NCBI GenBank assembly: GCA_965112155.1
Contig: OZ218111.1
Strand: one strand, 5' to 3'
Source of the DNA: Podarcis liolepis
Lineage: Eukaryota
Length of the DNA stretch: 64,000 nucleotides
The notes under the pieces were generated by a model. It worked only from the letters and a program-made list of their open reading frames with translations, was not told the DNA's origin and searched no databases. The first letter of the stretch is position 1. Each line of letters starts with the position of its first letter. The position numbers and the translations under genes were made by a program. This document shows, in pieces, positions 1 to 10,829 of the stretch.

Positions 1-353
1 CGTCCCCTTCTCCTTGTGCCCTCCATCTTTTCCAACATCAGGTTCTTTTCCAGGGAGTCATCTCTTCTCATGAGGTGGCCAAAATATTGGAGTCTCAGCT
101 TCAGGATCTGTCCTTCCAGTGAGCACTCAGGGCTGATTTCCTTCAGAATGGAGAGGTTTGATCTTCTTGCAGTCCATGGGACTCTCAAGAGTCTCCTCCA
201 GCACCAGAATTCAAAAGCGTCAATTCTTCGGCGATCAGCCTTCTTTATGGTCCAGCTCTCACTTCCATACATCACTACTGGGAAAACCATAGCTTTTACC
301 ATACGGGCCTTTGTTGGCAAGGTGATGTCTCTGCTTTTTAAGGTGCTGTCTAG
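1..353 (-). mobile_element. RTE-BovB LINE fragment (3' part of the RT region, 5'-truncated at about 353; runs off the window start)
   Basis: The sequence (e.g. GAGGTGGCCAAAATATTGGAGTCTCAGCTTCAG, CTTGCAGTCCATGGGACTCTCAAGAGTCTCCTCCAGCACC, AAAACCATAGCTTTTACCATACGGGCCTTTGTTGGCAAGGTGATGTCTCTGCTTTTT) is the characteristic antisense BovB sequence as recalled. ORF 16..468 is its antisense shadow. Confidence 0.9.
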
Positions 354-1188
354 CATCTTACATTGTAATCAATGTAGCTCTCCTATTTGCATTTTCTTTT
401 TCTCCTCTTTTAATATATGTTTATTAATTTTTGAGAATACAACTGCAAAAAAAACCCCAAAAGCATAACTCTAACCCTCAAAGCAAAGGGTATCTGTGGA
501 TTTAGGGAGAAGAAGGTGTGGGGCAGCAGTAGTTGGAGGGGAGTGCTGCGAAAGCTGTAAGCTGCACGGACGGGGGGAAATTAAAGGAGGCGGGAGGGAT
601 TAAGCCCTCAAGCTTCCTGGTCCTGCCCACCATGGTTGGGTTGATTGGTTTATGCCTCACGGCATAAACCTATCCAGGCAGCTTACAGTAAATAGCAGGG
701 GGAAATGTAAATATGAAGTTAACCATGAAACCACAAATGTCCTAAGTACAAAAAATGCAACCCAAAGCAGACTGAACCCACAAATGAAAAACCACAACTA
801 CTACATAGTTGTTTAGAAGGGCTGGGTGAGCAGAAAGCTCTTCTGGAGCCAAGATGACCACAAGGATGGCGCCAGGCAAGCCTCCCTGGGAAGATTGTTC
901 CATAAGCTGAGAGGAGTGGTCACTACCAAAAAGGCTGCCTCCCTGCTGGTTGCATGTGCCACAGGGACACTCAGGACCTGGCCTGCAGAACAGAGCTGAA
1001 GCTTTGGCAGGGTGCATATCGGAGAAGGCAGTCTTTCAGGTAACCTAGTCCCAAGATGTTTTTAAATGTAATTTGAAGGTAAATTGTGTCTGGAAATGAA
1101 CCTGGGAGCCAATGTCACTTACAGAGCACAGTGAAATATTGTCCCAGTTAATAATCTTGTGTAATCTGTAGTTTCTGGACCATTATAA

Positions 1189-3124
1189 CCATTATATGGT
1201 TTTACCCCAATCAGAAACCCTGGATGAATAGAGAGGTCCAGTGCCTGTTGCGGGAAAGGAACAGGGCTTTCAGGTCAGGCGAGGTGCAGCTTTACAGTGT
1301 AGCAAGAGCAAACTTGAGGAGGGGTATTCGACGGGCAAAATTGGATTATAGGCTGAGGATTGAGGATAATTTAAGGAGCAACAACACAAGACAGATGTGG
1401 CAGGGGATTCAGCATATTACCAACTACAAACCTAACCTTGGTGCTGTCGACGGTGACCCCTTGCTGGCAGAGGAGCTTAACCTCTTCTTTGCTCGCTTCG
1501 AGAAGGAGCCACCTGAGACGCCGGTATTACAGCCACCAGCCCATAGGGGCCCCTCATTTACGGTAGAGGAACATGAGGTGAGACAGGTTTTGAGGATGGC
1601 GAATCCGAGGAAGGCGGCTGGACCTGATGGCATCACTGGAAAGGTGTTGAAGGGCTGTGTGGATCAGCTGGCGAGGGTCTTTACTAAGATCTTCAATAAG
1701 TCCTTACACCAGTCTATTGTCCCACCCTGCCTGAAGTCGTCAACTATTGTCCCTCTGCCTAAAAAATCCACAATCAGTAGTTTGAATGACTATAGACCAG
1801 TTGCACTGACTCCAATCATCATGAAGTGTTTTGAGAAACTGGTGCGCCGTCACATTATTTCCTGTCTTCCATCAACTTTTGACAACTACCAGTTTGCATA
1901 CAGAGCAAATAGATCCACAGAAGACGCCATCAATACCACTCTCCATGCTGCTCTGTCCCATCTGGAGCAGCCGGGGAGTTATGTGAGGCTGCTGTTTGTG
2001 GATTTTAGCTCTGCTTTTAACACTATCCTCCCCCATAGACTGGTGTCCAAGCTAGAGGCGATTGGACTCTCCAACTCCACCTGTCTCTGGGTTTTGGATT
2101 TTTTGTCAGAACGTTCCCAGAGGGTTAGAGTAGGGTCACACATGTCCACAGCCCTTAGCCTTAACACCGGCTCACCACAGGGTTGTGTGTTGAGTCCCCT
2201 GCTCTACACTCTCTATACGTATGACTGTACAGCCATCTATTCCAGCAACAAAATCATCAAGTTTGCTGATGACACTACGGTGGTAGGGCTCATTTCAGGA
2301 GGGGATGAGTCCGCCTATCGGGACGAGGTGGAGCGGCTCTGTGTTTGGTGTGGAGAGAACAATCTGGCTCTTAATACGGCTAAGACCAAGGAATTGGTGG
2401 TGGATTACAGGAAAAAAAAGGCGGACATTCAGCCCTTGTATATCAACGGGGAACGGGTGGAGAGGGTGGCGGAATTCAGGTTTTTGGGAGTAGCTATCGA
2501 TCAGGGCATGACTTGGAGCGCACATACCACTGCTCTGGTGAAGAAGGCCCAGCAGAGAATTTATTTCCTCAGACTTTTAAAGAAGAACAATCTGAGTGAG
2601 AGACTGCTGGTGTCCTTCTACCGAGGCTCCATAGAGAGCATTCTTACATACTGTATCTGTGCTTGGTTCTCCAGTTGTACAGCTAGGGAGAGGAAGGTGC
2701 TCCAGAAGGTCATAACCACAGCCCAAAGGATTATTGGTCATCCTCTCCCATCTTTGGAAGAACTGTACGGTTCCCGTTGTCTTAGGAAAGCAAATAACAT
2801 CCTGCAGGATTCATCTCACCCGGGACACTGTCTGTTTGCACTACTGCCTTCTGGCAGGAGATATAGAAACATCAAGTCAAAGACAAATAGACTGAAAAAC
2901 AGTTTCTATCCAAGAGCAGTGGCCTTTTTGAATGCTGTAACTCGATAGTGTGACCTGGGAGTTTGATGGGTGTGGTGTGGGTGTGGCTGGAATGTGGTTT
3001 GTTTGGTTGTTGTTGTTGTTTTGCTTTTGTTGTTTTAAGGGATGGCATCCAATTTCGTTGCACTTTGTGCAATGTTGCACTTGTGTAATGACAATAAGGA
3101 ATCTATTCTATTCTATTCTATTCT
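1189..3124 (+). mobile_element. 5'-truncated non-LTR retrotransposon, Rex1/Babar-type
   Basis: Contains an RT ORF, a GT-rich 3'UTR and a (TATTC)n tail at about 3103-3124. Candidate TSD ATTATAA at 1182-1188 and 3125-3131. Confidence 0.85.
1224..2948 (+). CDS. Reverse transcriptase ORF of the Rex1/Babar-type LINE (no endonuclease domain)
   Basis: 574 aa without interruption. RT motifs KAAGPDGI, YRPVALT, FVDFSSAFNTI, GSPQGCVLSPLLY, KFADDTTVVGLI, followed by the Rex1-type C-terminus (KKAQQRIYFLR...SHPGHCLFALLPSGRRYR...RLKNSFYP). The upstream frame continues as YPNQKPW, so the Met is internal to the ancestral ORF. Confidence 0.9.
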   Translation: MNREVQCLLRERNRAFRSGEVQLYSVARANLRRGIRRAKLDYRLRIEDNLRSNNTRQMWQGIQHITNYKPNLGAVDGDPLLAEELNLFFARFEKEPPETPVLQPPAHRGPSFTVEEHEVRQVLRMANPRKAAGPDGITGKVLKGCVDQLARVFTKIFNKSLHQSIVPPCLKSSTIVPLPKKSTISSLNDYRPVALTPIIMKCFEKLVRRHIISCLPSTFDNYQFAYRANRSTEDAINTTLHAALSHLEQPGSYVRLLFVDFSSAFNTILPHRLVSKLEAIGLSNSTCLWVLDFLSERSQRVRVGSHMSTALSLNTGSPQGCVLSPLLYTLYTYDCTAIYSSNKIIKFADDTTVVGLISGGDESAYRDEVERLCVWCGENNLALNTAKTKELVVDYRKKKADIQPLYINGERVERVAEFRFLGVAIDQGMTWSAHTTALVKKAQQRIYFLRLLKKNNLSERLLVSFYRGSIESILTYCICAWFSSCTARERKVLQKVITTAQRIIGHPLPSLEELYGSRCLRKANNILQDSSHPGHCLFALLPSGRRYRNIKSKTNRLKNSFYPRAVAFLNAVTR

Positions 3125-3640
3125 ATTATAAAGGGGCAGGGGATGGGGATAGGGACCTCTTTTGGCCCAGTAGGCTAAATCCCTATCTGTCAGACCTCTG
3201 TGGGCCAAATTGTGGCAGCTGGGTGGGACAACCCACCTCCCAATCACCTAACATCATTATGGCAGCAGATGATTGACAAGTGGGTTGTCACGCCCAATTG
3301 TCAAAGTCTCAAGTGCCCCAGCAGACAGCTGGTTGATAGGTGCTTGAGAACCACAGCGCAAGGGCTCTTCCTCCAGAGAGTGCTCCCCATCTTCTTCTCA
3401 GGTGGCCTCCCATCCTGGCAGTTCATGGGCACAGATCTGCTCTCTTTCCATGTCTCCTTCATCTTCAGCTCATCCTCGGACCTCTCTTGTGGTAGCTTTA
3501 GACTAAGGATGCTTTTAAAGAGGGAGACGGACAGAGCTGTCTCTGCAGCCAGTATGCGACACTCTTCAAGAACAGTTGTGACCAGCAGCTCTTCCCTGCA
3601 AGGGGGGCTTGCTTACTTAACAAATTTTCTCCCTTTGTAG

Positions 3641-3686
3641 GAAACGCCTCACCATCCAAGAAGCTCTCACTCACCCCTGGATCACG
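3641..3686 (+). CDS. DAPK2: DAPK2 last kinase-domain exon, (R)KRLTIQEALTHPWIT
   Basis: tttgtAG acceptor and GTAAGC donor. Translation matches the end of the DAPK-family catalytic domain. Confidence 0.93.
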
Positions 3687-4956
3687 GTAAGCCTGGGGCA
3701 TGTGGTGTCACAGGGGAAGGGGGTGTGTTTTAATTTGGACAGAGCTTTGTATGGAGTTCTGCATTTTGGCATTTAAATGTCACCTGTCATAATTCTCATT
3801 TGCTTTTGCATATCTGACTTTAAACATTATGGCAGCATGGCAATGGCCTTCTAGTTTGGTTTCTCACAGTTTTAACCTCACTGGAGGAGGGAGATTAATT
3901 TTGCCAAACATTGTCAGAATCTTTGCAAAATAAAAATACATGTTGCCTTTTTTAATGCTTTCTTGTCTTAAGCAAGAGATAAAAAATATGCGATGCTGAG
4001 ATGCGTGTTGACAAGCATACAATTTTCCGTCATGGAATGTGTTGTGTGATGGTGATACATCTGCCTACTGGTTGCATGGACAGACATAAACCACATTCCA
4101 ACTGTGTTTGGCTGGGCTCTATCTGGTATGCGTTTGCTCCATCCAGTCCACCTTCAAATCTATAGGAGGTTGCAAAAGACACTCCATTTCATTTGTACAG
4201 CTTTTCAAGGGTGGCTATAGCCTAGAAGTACCCAGTGGACCACACGCCTCTCTGTGTCTTGCTATGTGTTTGTGGTGTTCTGCTGTGTAGAAGATACAGT
4301 GGATGTCCTACATTTGCCCAGTGTCAATACTCACATCTGAATGTTGAAGACCCCAGACAAATTTTGTGAATAATTGAGAACACAGTGATATGTGATATTA
4401 ATATGGGGCATCCATTAAGTTCATCTGGAATAGCCAATTATTTACAAGTGAAACGCAAAACATTTATTCAGTGCTGGACATCCATTGTAACATGGAATAT
4501 ATGCAGCTGGTCTTTGCATGCTGGAATCTGGAGTGCTGGACTCTTAAGATTTTTTTCACATCACAATGAATCAGGGGCTACCAACCTTTTTGGATCAGTG
4601 GGCACATTCTGAGAGAGTGCTGGGGCGCCAGTCACAAATAGCTGCTGTGGGGGGCATAGCACAAAATTAGAGAGACGGCCAGCCCCATCAACCTTACACT
4701 TACTGTGGGAAGTCAGCCATGTACTTCTGGCTCTGATTGTTGAGATCACACAATATTGATTATATATATATATAAAAATACACACAAACACACTGACACT
4801 CTTGCTTTCGAATGGCAACAGGGAGCATTCCTCAGTAACAGGAAAAATAGCCACACAACACTCACACTCATTTCACAGAAATCACTTAGAAAGGACCTGT
4901 TTGTTTTGTCCCATAACTTGCTTTCCAGGAGGGCTACAGACTTTGGTGACCCCAGT

Positions 4957-4963
4957 ACACACA

Positions 4964-5018
<55 letters not shown>
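4957..5018. repeat. Compound (CA)n(GA)n microsatellite
   Basis: Seen directly. Confidence 0.95.
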
Positions 5019-5022
<4 letters not shown>

Positions 5023-5355
5023 CTCAATAGTGTATTTTCTGAAATATTTTCTATTTTTTACAAAAATTGACCACTTTTGAAACTGTAAATGCACAGATGC
5101 CAGCATGCAGTCAGTCATAGTGCTCACAGGGATGTTTTTGTTCCACCAACCTTTTTTTTGTGAAAATAAAATAATGTCTGTGACATGCATGGAGGAATCC
5201 TGTTTTCACCCAGCACCGTGGATATGTGTTGTGTGTTTGCCTTCCTTTTGCCTGCTGTGTTGTGGTTGATGCTGTGGTGTCTATAGAAGCAGTTTGCATG
5301 ATTCTGCGGATCAGTAATAACCATGCCCTACTACTTCTGTCTGAAGACTCACCAG

Positions 5356-5997
5356 CCCAAGGAAGAAACGAAGGTCCCAGAAAGCAAAAGGGCTGAGAAC
5401 CAGCAACTGAAGACCAAGCGCCTGAAGGAGTACACCATCAAGTGCCACTCCAGCATGCCACCCAACAACACCTACATCAACTTTGAGCGCTTTGCCTATG
5501 TGGTGGAAGACATCTCCAGGATGGAGCAGAACTTCAGTGCTCTGGCAGTGTCCCATGATGCTTTGCAGGAGGACATTGACGCCCTCGTTTCCATCTACAA
5601 CGAGAAAGAAGCTTGGTACAAAGAAGAACATGAAAACGTGAGACATGAACTTTCCCAGCTGAAGTACGAGTATCGCAAGATTGAATCCCTGAAGAAGCAC
5701 CTGCAGGAGGACATCAGACTTGTGGGCAGCAGCCTCACTGGTGTTGCCAGCAAGTACATGGACCGGCAGTCCCATTACGAGTCCTTGAGTAAGGAATTGT
5801 CCGAAGAACTCAAGTGGATTCAGGAATTTACAGGCAGCTCTCAGCTGGAAGATGGAAGTGACGCCTACATCACTGGAAATTTTGGCTCCGTCTTTAACAA
5901 AGATATAAATGACTCTCTTAGGGAGCTGCTAAATAGATCCTGCTGTGAAGAATTCCTAGCTGCCTTGAACCCAGGTGTTACAAAATCAAGTCAGTAA
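5356..5997 (+). CDS. DAPK2: DAPK2 beta (DRP-1beta) alternative terminal exon encoding a ZIPK/DAPK3-like coiled-coil/leucine-zipper tail
   Basis: LKTKRLKEYTIKCHSSMPPNNTYINFERF...YNEKEAWYKEE...YESLSKELSEELKWIQE is collinear with the DAPK3 extracatalytic region. Phase-0 acceptor cAG at 5354-5355 (alternative AG at 5345-5346) is in frame with exon 3641-3686. Stop TAA at 5995-5997. Confidence 0.9.
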   Translation, partial: PKEETKVPESKRAENQQLKTKRLKEYTIKCHSSMPPNNTYINFERFAYVVEDISRMEQNFSALAVSHDALQEDIDALVSIYNEKEAWYKEEHENVRHELSQLKYEYRKIESLKKHLQEDIRLVGSSLTGVASKYMDRQSHYESLSKELSEELKWIQEFTGSSQLEDGSDAYITGNFGSVFNKDINDSLRELLNRSCCEEFLAALNPGVTKSSQ

Positions 5998-6880
5998 CTG
6001 TCTAAAATGGAGTTTCAGATTTATCTATTCATGCCACCTCAAGATTCCTGCACACTAATCGTGACGCCCCACTTGTTGACTTTATTTCTGAAAAACATAA
6101 TTGACCGTCGCTGTCGCAGTTGGCTTTTTGAACTCTGAAAATATATGTGCCATGACACAGGGCATATGAACTCTTGCCATTGTTTTACCCTTTTTAACAG
6201 GGAGGCTGTGAATTTTGCCAGTTAGAAATGAATTGAAATTCCTTTGAATAACACCCTGTTCTCTTTTTGGAGCGTACTTTGCATTTAGAAGTGAAAGCCT
6301 TTGCTGTCATTGTACTTTGGAAGATGGAAGCAGCTTACTGTTACCATGCGATACCTCCTAAATACCTGATTGTAGATAGTTAAGCATCCTTAACAGCCTC
6401 TCTTGCTGTCCTGTGAAAGAGTCAGTAAGAATGCATTGATTTGAAACTCAGTATGACTGGTGCTTTTAATAGCAATGGATTCAGATGGAGAAGCTCTTTC
6501 TTGCCCACAGCACCCTCTGCAATCCTGACCGCAGTCTACTTCAAACAGTAGCAGGCATTTCAGTTGAAAAGCAGAATTGTGAACGTGTTACGGAGTGAAT
6601 GGAGAGCTCTAAAATCAACTCTACTCTCAGCTATTGACTGGGGTGATGCGTAAGGCATTGTCAAGAGACTTGGCATTCTACCCCACCCCAAGCAAAGAAC
6701 ATGGTCCAGTGAAGGAACCAGATGACTGAAGACTCCTTTTATGGAACCTGAGACTTTGTTTTTGTTGCGGTTTTGACTCAGATTATTAGAAGGAGAAAGT
6801 GTGGGAGTGGGGAGTGAGATATAATTGAATTATGCACATTTTTGTTCCTGCCTTTGAACTAATTTCACACTTATAGAGAC

Positions 6881-6886
6881 AATAAA
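6881..6886 (+). terminator. DAPK2: Candidate poly(A) signal of the DAPK2 beta isoform
   Basis: AATAAA about 0.9 kb after the beta stop codon, followed by AT- and GT-rich sequence. Confidence 0.55.
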
Positions 6887-7967
6887 TATTTATTTAATAC
6901 AGTGTGGTTACTTGCAGCATCATCTGTCTGTATGCTACACAAAAGAACATAATAAGAGCTTGCTGGATGAGGCCGGTGGCCTGTCTGGTCCTTCTCAGAG
7001 CAGCTACCCAGAAGCCCGCAAGCAGGATTTGAGCACAAGAGTCATTCTCTCCTCCTGTGGTTTCCAGCAACTGGTATTCAGAAGCATTACTGCCTCTGAT
7101 TGTGGAGGCAAATCATAGCCTTTGTGGCTAGTTTTATCCTCCATTAATTGGCCTAATCCTCTTTTAAAGCCATCCAAATTTGGGGCCACCACTGCCTCAG
7201 CCCACGAATTCTAGTATTACTGGTGGGGCGGGAGGCATGGAATTCTCTAACTACTTTCGCCATTCCATGCATAATGTTCTGCCCTTCTGTCATGTCGCCT
7301 CTTACTCACCTTTCCTTGATGGTCCCAAACCCTGCACCCTAGGATTGGTTGAGTGAATAGTGTTTGCCCATTGGCTATTAATTCGTTTCTAGTGATGGTC
7401 TCAGCAAGATGAGGCTGTCACTTGATGGAGGGGGTGTGCTAAGTACTGGTTTGCGTTCAAGCCAGGGAAGTCCAGTAAGTCCAGCTTTTTCCAAGGTTTG
7501 AAGAAAGTAGCTTCCAAACTGACATGTGGGTCGGCTTTGAATATGCTTGGAAGCTCTCACTTGTGTGAGATAAGGTAGGTACCCTGAGGCCTGTCTGAAT
7601 TCTGCATAACCGGTTGTCCCATTGGAGCCAGCTAAGTCCTAAGATGTAAATTATTTGCTACCATTTTATTGCTGTTACACTTGGTTGTGCCAGTCTCATC
7701 ACTGTCAAACTTCAGACAGAGAGGATGATAATGTCAAAGACTTGAGGTCCAGATGGAGAGCCTGTGGCCTGCCTGATGCTGTTGAGTTACAGCTCCCTGA
7801 TACATGGCCGTACTGCCTGGGACAGATGGGAATTGAAGTCCAGCAACATCTGGATGGCACCACAATTGCCCCCCCCCCCCGTACTTAAAGCGCACAACCC
7901 ACATAATATATATTTAATGACCCAGGCTTTCTGAAGCACTGACCTTGTTCTCTCTTGTCTTTCCCAG

Positions 7968-8057
7968 CCAAAGGACAAATGCCAAGCCTTGGTGAGGCGG
8001 GAGTCGGTCATTAACCTGGAAAACTTCAAAAAGCAATATGCCCGGAGACGGTGGAAG
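7968..8057 (+). CDS. DAPK2: DAPK2 alpha exon PKDKCQALVRRESVINLENFKKQYARRRWK (calmodulin-regulatory segment)
   Basis: cccAG...GTACTG boundaries, 90 nt, matches the DAPK2 autoregulatory domain. Confidence 0.95.
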
Positions 8058-9176
8058 GTACTGTACTTGGAGTGTGGTTGCTGATGCATGTGTTGTGCTC
8101 TCTACAAAGAAGAAAGATTTCTGTTTTGTTTTGTTTTAAAGCAGGGATGGGCAGCCTTTGGTCTTCCAAATGATATTGGAGCAGGTGGTTGTTTACTCCA
8201 GCAACTTCTGGAGAGCCACAGGTTCCCCATCACCATTTTAAAGAAACAACATTATTTTTTTAAAGTGACATATATTGTACCTTTCAGAGCTATCTGCAGA
8301 ACTGGCTTCTCTCTCTCTAGAAGTTAGCTAGTAAGTGCAGGCCGGTCTTGTTAACATCAACACTATTTATTATTATTTTAAATTTATATGACTACCCATC
8401 GATAAAGTTATCCAAGCAGTTTGCAGTAAAACAATTTGCAGTTCAACATATAGCCACACTATAGAGTAATGTGTCATTAGGATAGATGCCTAGGCCACCC
8501 TTCCTGAACATGGTGGCCTCCAGATCTTGTTGGACTACAGCTCTCACCAGGCCTGTTCTTTGCTAGCTGAAGTTTTCAAACCATCTCCAAGGGTAGTCCC
8601 TAAGTAATCAAGATGGGAGGCTACATCAAACCAGGAATGGCCATAGCTGGCCTCTGATCACCTTCCCCACAGAGGTAGGCAGCTCTCAGGAGCAGGGGAT
8701 GGGTGGCTTCCCAACCCTCTCTTATTGCTGAGGAGCACAGCTGCCTGTCCCAGTTCAGACTGTCTTCAAGGATTAGCCCTATGTAGTCCCCGATAATCAT
8801 TTCAGCTATACTGAGCACTTTGTCTGAGCACTGAGACCTGCCTCCTTCTGACCCAGGTGAGCTCACAGTGAACTGGGTCAACCAGAGACAATAGAGTCCA
8901 GCTGAATCTTTTCTGTATTACTGCATTTTAGTGTATGACATTTTCCTGGTTTTGTTAGCTCACTAAATCCCCCATGCAGCTTTTAAAGGTCTCCCTGGTG
9001 CTGCTTCCAAACCTCACCTGTGTATTGGAGGCTGATGACAGGGCAGTTCTTGAAGATGCCCCTTGGTTGTGCCCATAAAATGCACTGGGGGTTGTGGGGA
9101 CATCCCATAAGTGGCTCTGCAGGGTCATCTTCTGCCTTTCAAGAGTATAACCACAATATCCTTGTTGTTCCCCCAG

Positions 9177-9260
9177 CTTACTTACAGTATTGTTGCACTG
9201 TGCAACCATTTATCTCGCACCTTGGTGAGAAAAGTTCGCCTAATGCAAGATGAAAGCTTG
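9177..9260 (+). CDS. DAPK2: DAPK2 alpha exon LTYSIVALCNHLSRTLVRKVRLMQDESL
   Basis: cccAG...GTAAGT boundaries, 84 nt, continues the CaM-binding helix. Confidence 0.95.
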
Positions 9261-10690
9261 GTAAGTACATGGGGGCAAAGGAAGTGGAAAGTTGACATGC
9301 CCAGTTGTTTGCGACAGAGGAGGGGAAGACAAGGCAGTACCTTCCAAATGTTGCTGGAGAGCCCTGTTCAATCAGGCAATCGGGCAAAGCTCAGCATTTT
9401 GCTTCCTTCAGCAGCTGGCTGGCCAACCAACCCCTGAGACGCCTATGCAATGCAATAGCCCTTCTCCCGTTGCTGCTTCTTAGTATTTGTCATTCAGGGG
9501 CCTAATGTGCCTGGTGGCTGCATAGAGCCATCGCTCCCCCTAATAATGGCATCAGGAGGTGAGCGCCATCCGAAATAGAGCCAAGACAGGGCTGCTGAGG
9601 AACAAGAGGTTGATATTGGCATGCTCTCTCGCGAATGCTGAGGAATACAGAAGTGCTACCTCGGCACTGCTATTGCGCATGCTGAACATCATGGTTAGCT
9701 ATGCAAGGCAAAGTTAAAGAGCTTTGAGCAGAGCTCTAGATTCTCCAGGTACAGGAGCATAGTGTGGGGGGTGCCAGAGGGGCTGTGGCCCTGTGCATGG
9801 ACTTTTGAGGGGGCACGAAACAGGCGCCCCCATGCAGGTGACTGAAGAGAGGCAGTCCTTGAGGTATGGCACTCCTGAGCCATTTAAGAGTTACCTCTCA
9901 CCCACTCCTCCATCTCCCCACTTGGGAACGTCTTTGTTGCTTGGGTCGTTCAGTGCAGGGGCAGACAGAAGACAGGTGGGGATCTGCTGGAAGAGAGAGA
10001 GAGAGATTCCTGAGCTGAGCGTGTGTGCAAAGGCACCGGGATCTGCAATTCAATGCTCATCACCTTGAGTGATTATTTTGTACCTTCTCTGTTTGGTGGA
10101 CCTTGGGTTTTGTAATGAAAAACAAAGTTGTTCATGCAAGCCAGAAGTCTGCCCACCCAGCAATAGAGCATGTCTCCATGTTGCCCTGGGTGGGTAGGTG
10201 GACCCATGCACATGCCCCCATGCCAGGGGTGGCGTGAGGGGCCAAGGACAAACGGACCCCAATGCACCTGTCCAGCCCCTGTTGGAGCTGGAGCGACACC
10301 AGCCCTGGCAGCCACGGCTGTTGCACCCTCCTCATGCCACCCTCCCCAGATCCTAGCCTTGCAAGGCTGCAGGGGGGGGTGTGGCAGCCACGCACCCCTC
10401 GATCCTAGCCTTGCACAATGCTGGGATCGAAGGGCTCAAGGTTGTCGCTCCCCCCCCCTTAGCCTTGCAAGGCTGGGATCCAGGGATGGTGGCACACAAA
10501 AAACATGTGCTGCGCCACCTGCCCCGGTGGGAGAGCATGCCCCCCCATGCCAGCACCCCCAGAGGGGCCTGGTGCTCCTCTCCATGAGTGTTGGTTCCTC
10601 CTTTGGCGGGCAGGGTTATTGTTACGGTTTATTACTATGTTAGGTCTTTTTATATTGTGAACTGCCCTGTGTTCCTCAGATGGTTGTATA

Positions 10691-10692
<2 letters not shown>

Positions 10693-10742
<50 letters not shown>
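10693..10742. repeat. (AAT)n microsatellite
   Basis: Seen directly. Confidence 0.95.
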
Positions 10743-10829
10743 TAGTGTGTGTATAAAAAGAGGGGCAAGGAAAAGTCTGCAGATGCTGAGCCTTGCCTGA
10801 AACGTCACCTATTTTCTCCTTTGTTCCAG

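Noticed and set aside
16-468. 150-aa plus-strand ORF
   Set aside because: Antisense shadow ORF of the BovB fragment.
5323-5997. Stand-alone single-exon gene or DAPK3 retrocopy starting at the ATG at 5323
   Set aside because: No kinase domain, poly(A) tail or TSD. The first codons are acceptor-site sequence, and the in-frame splice from 3686 explains it as the DAPK2 beta exon.
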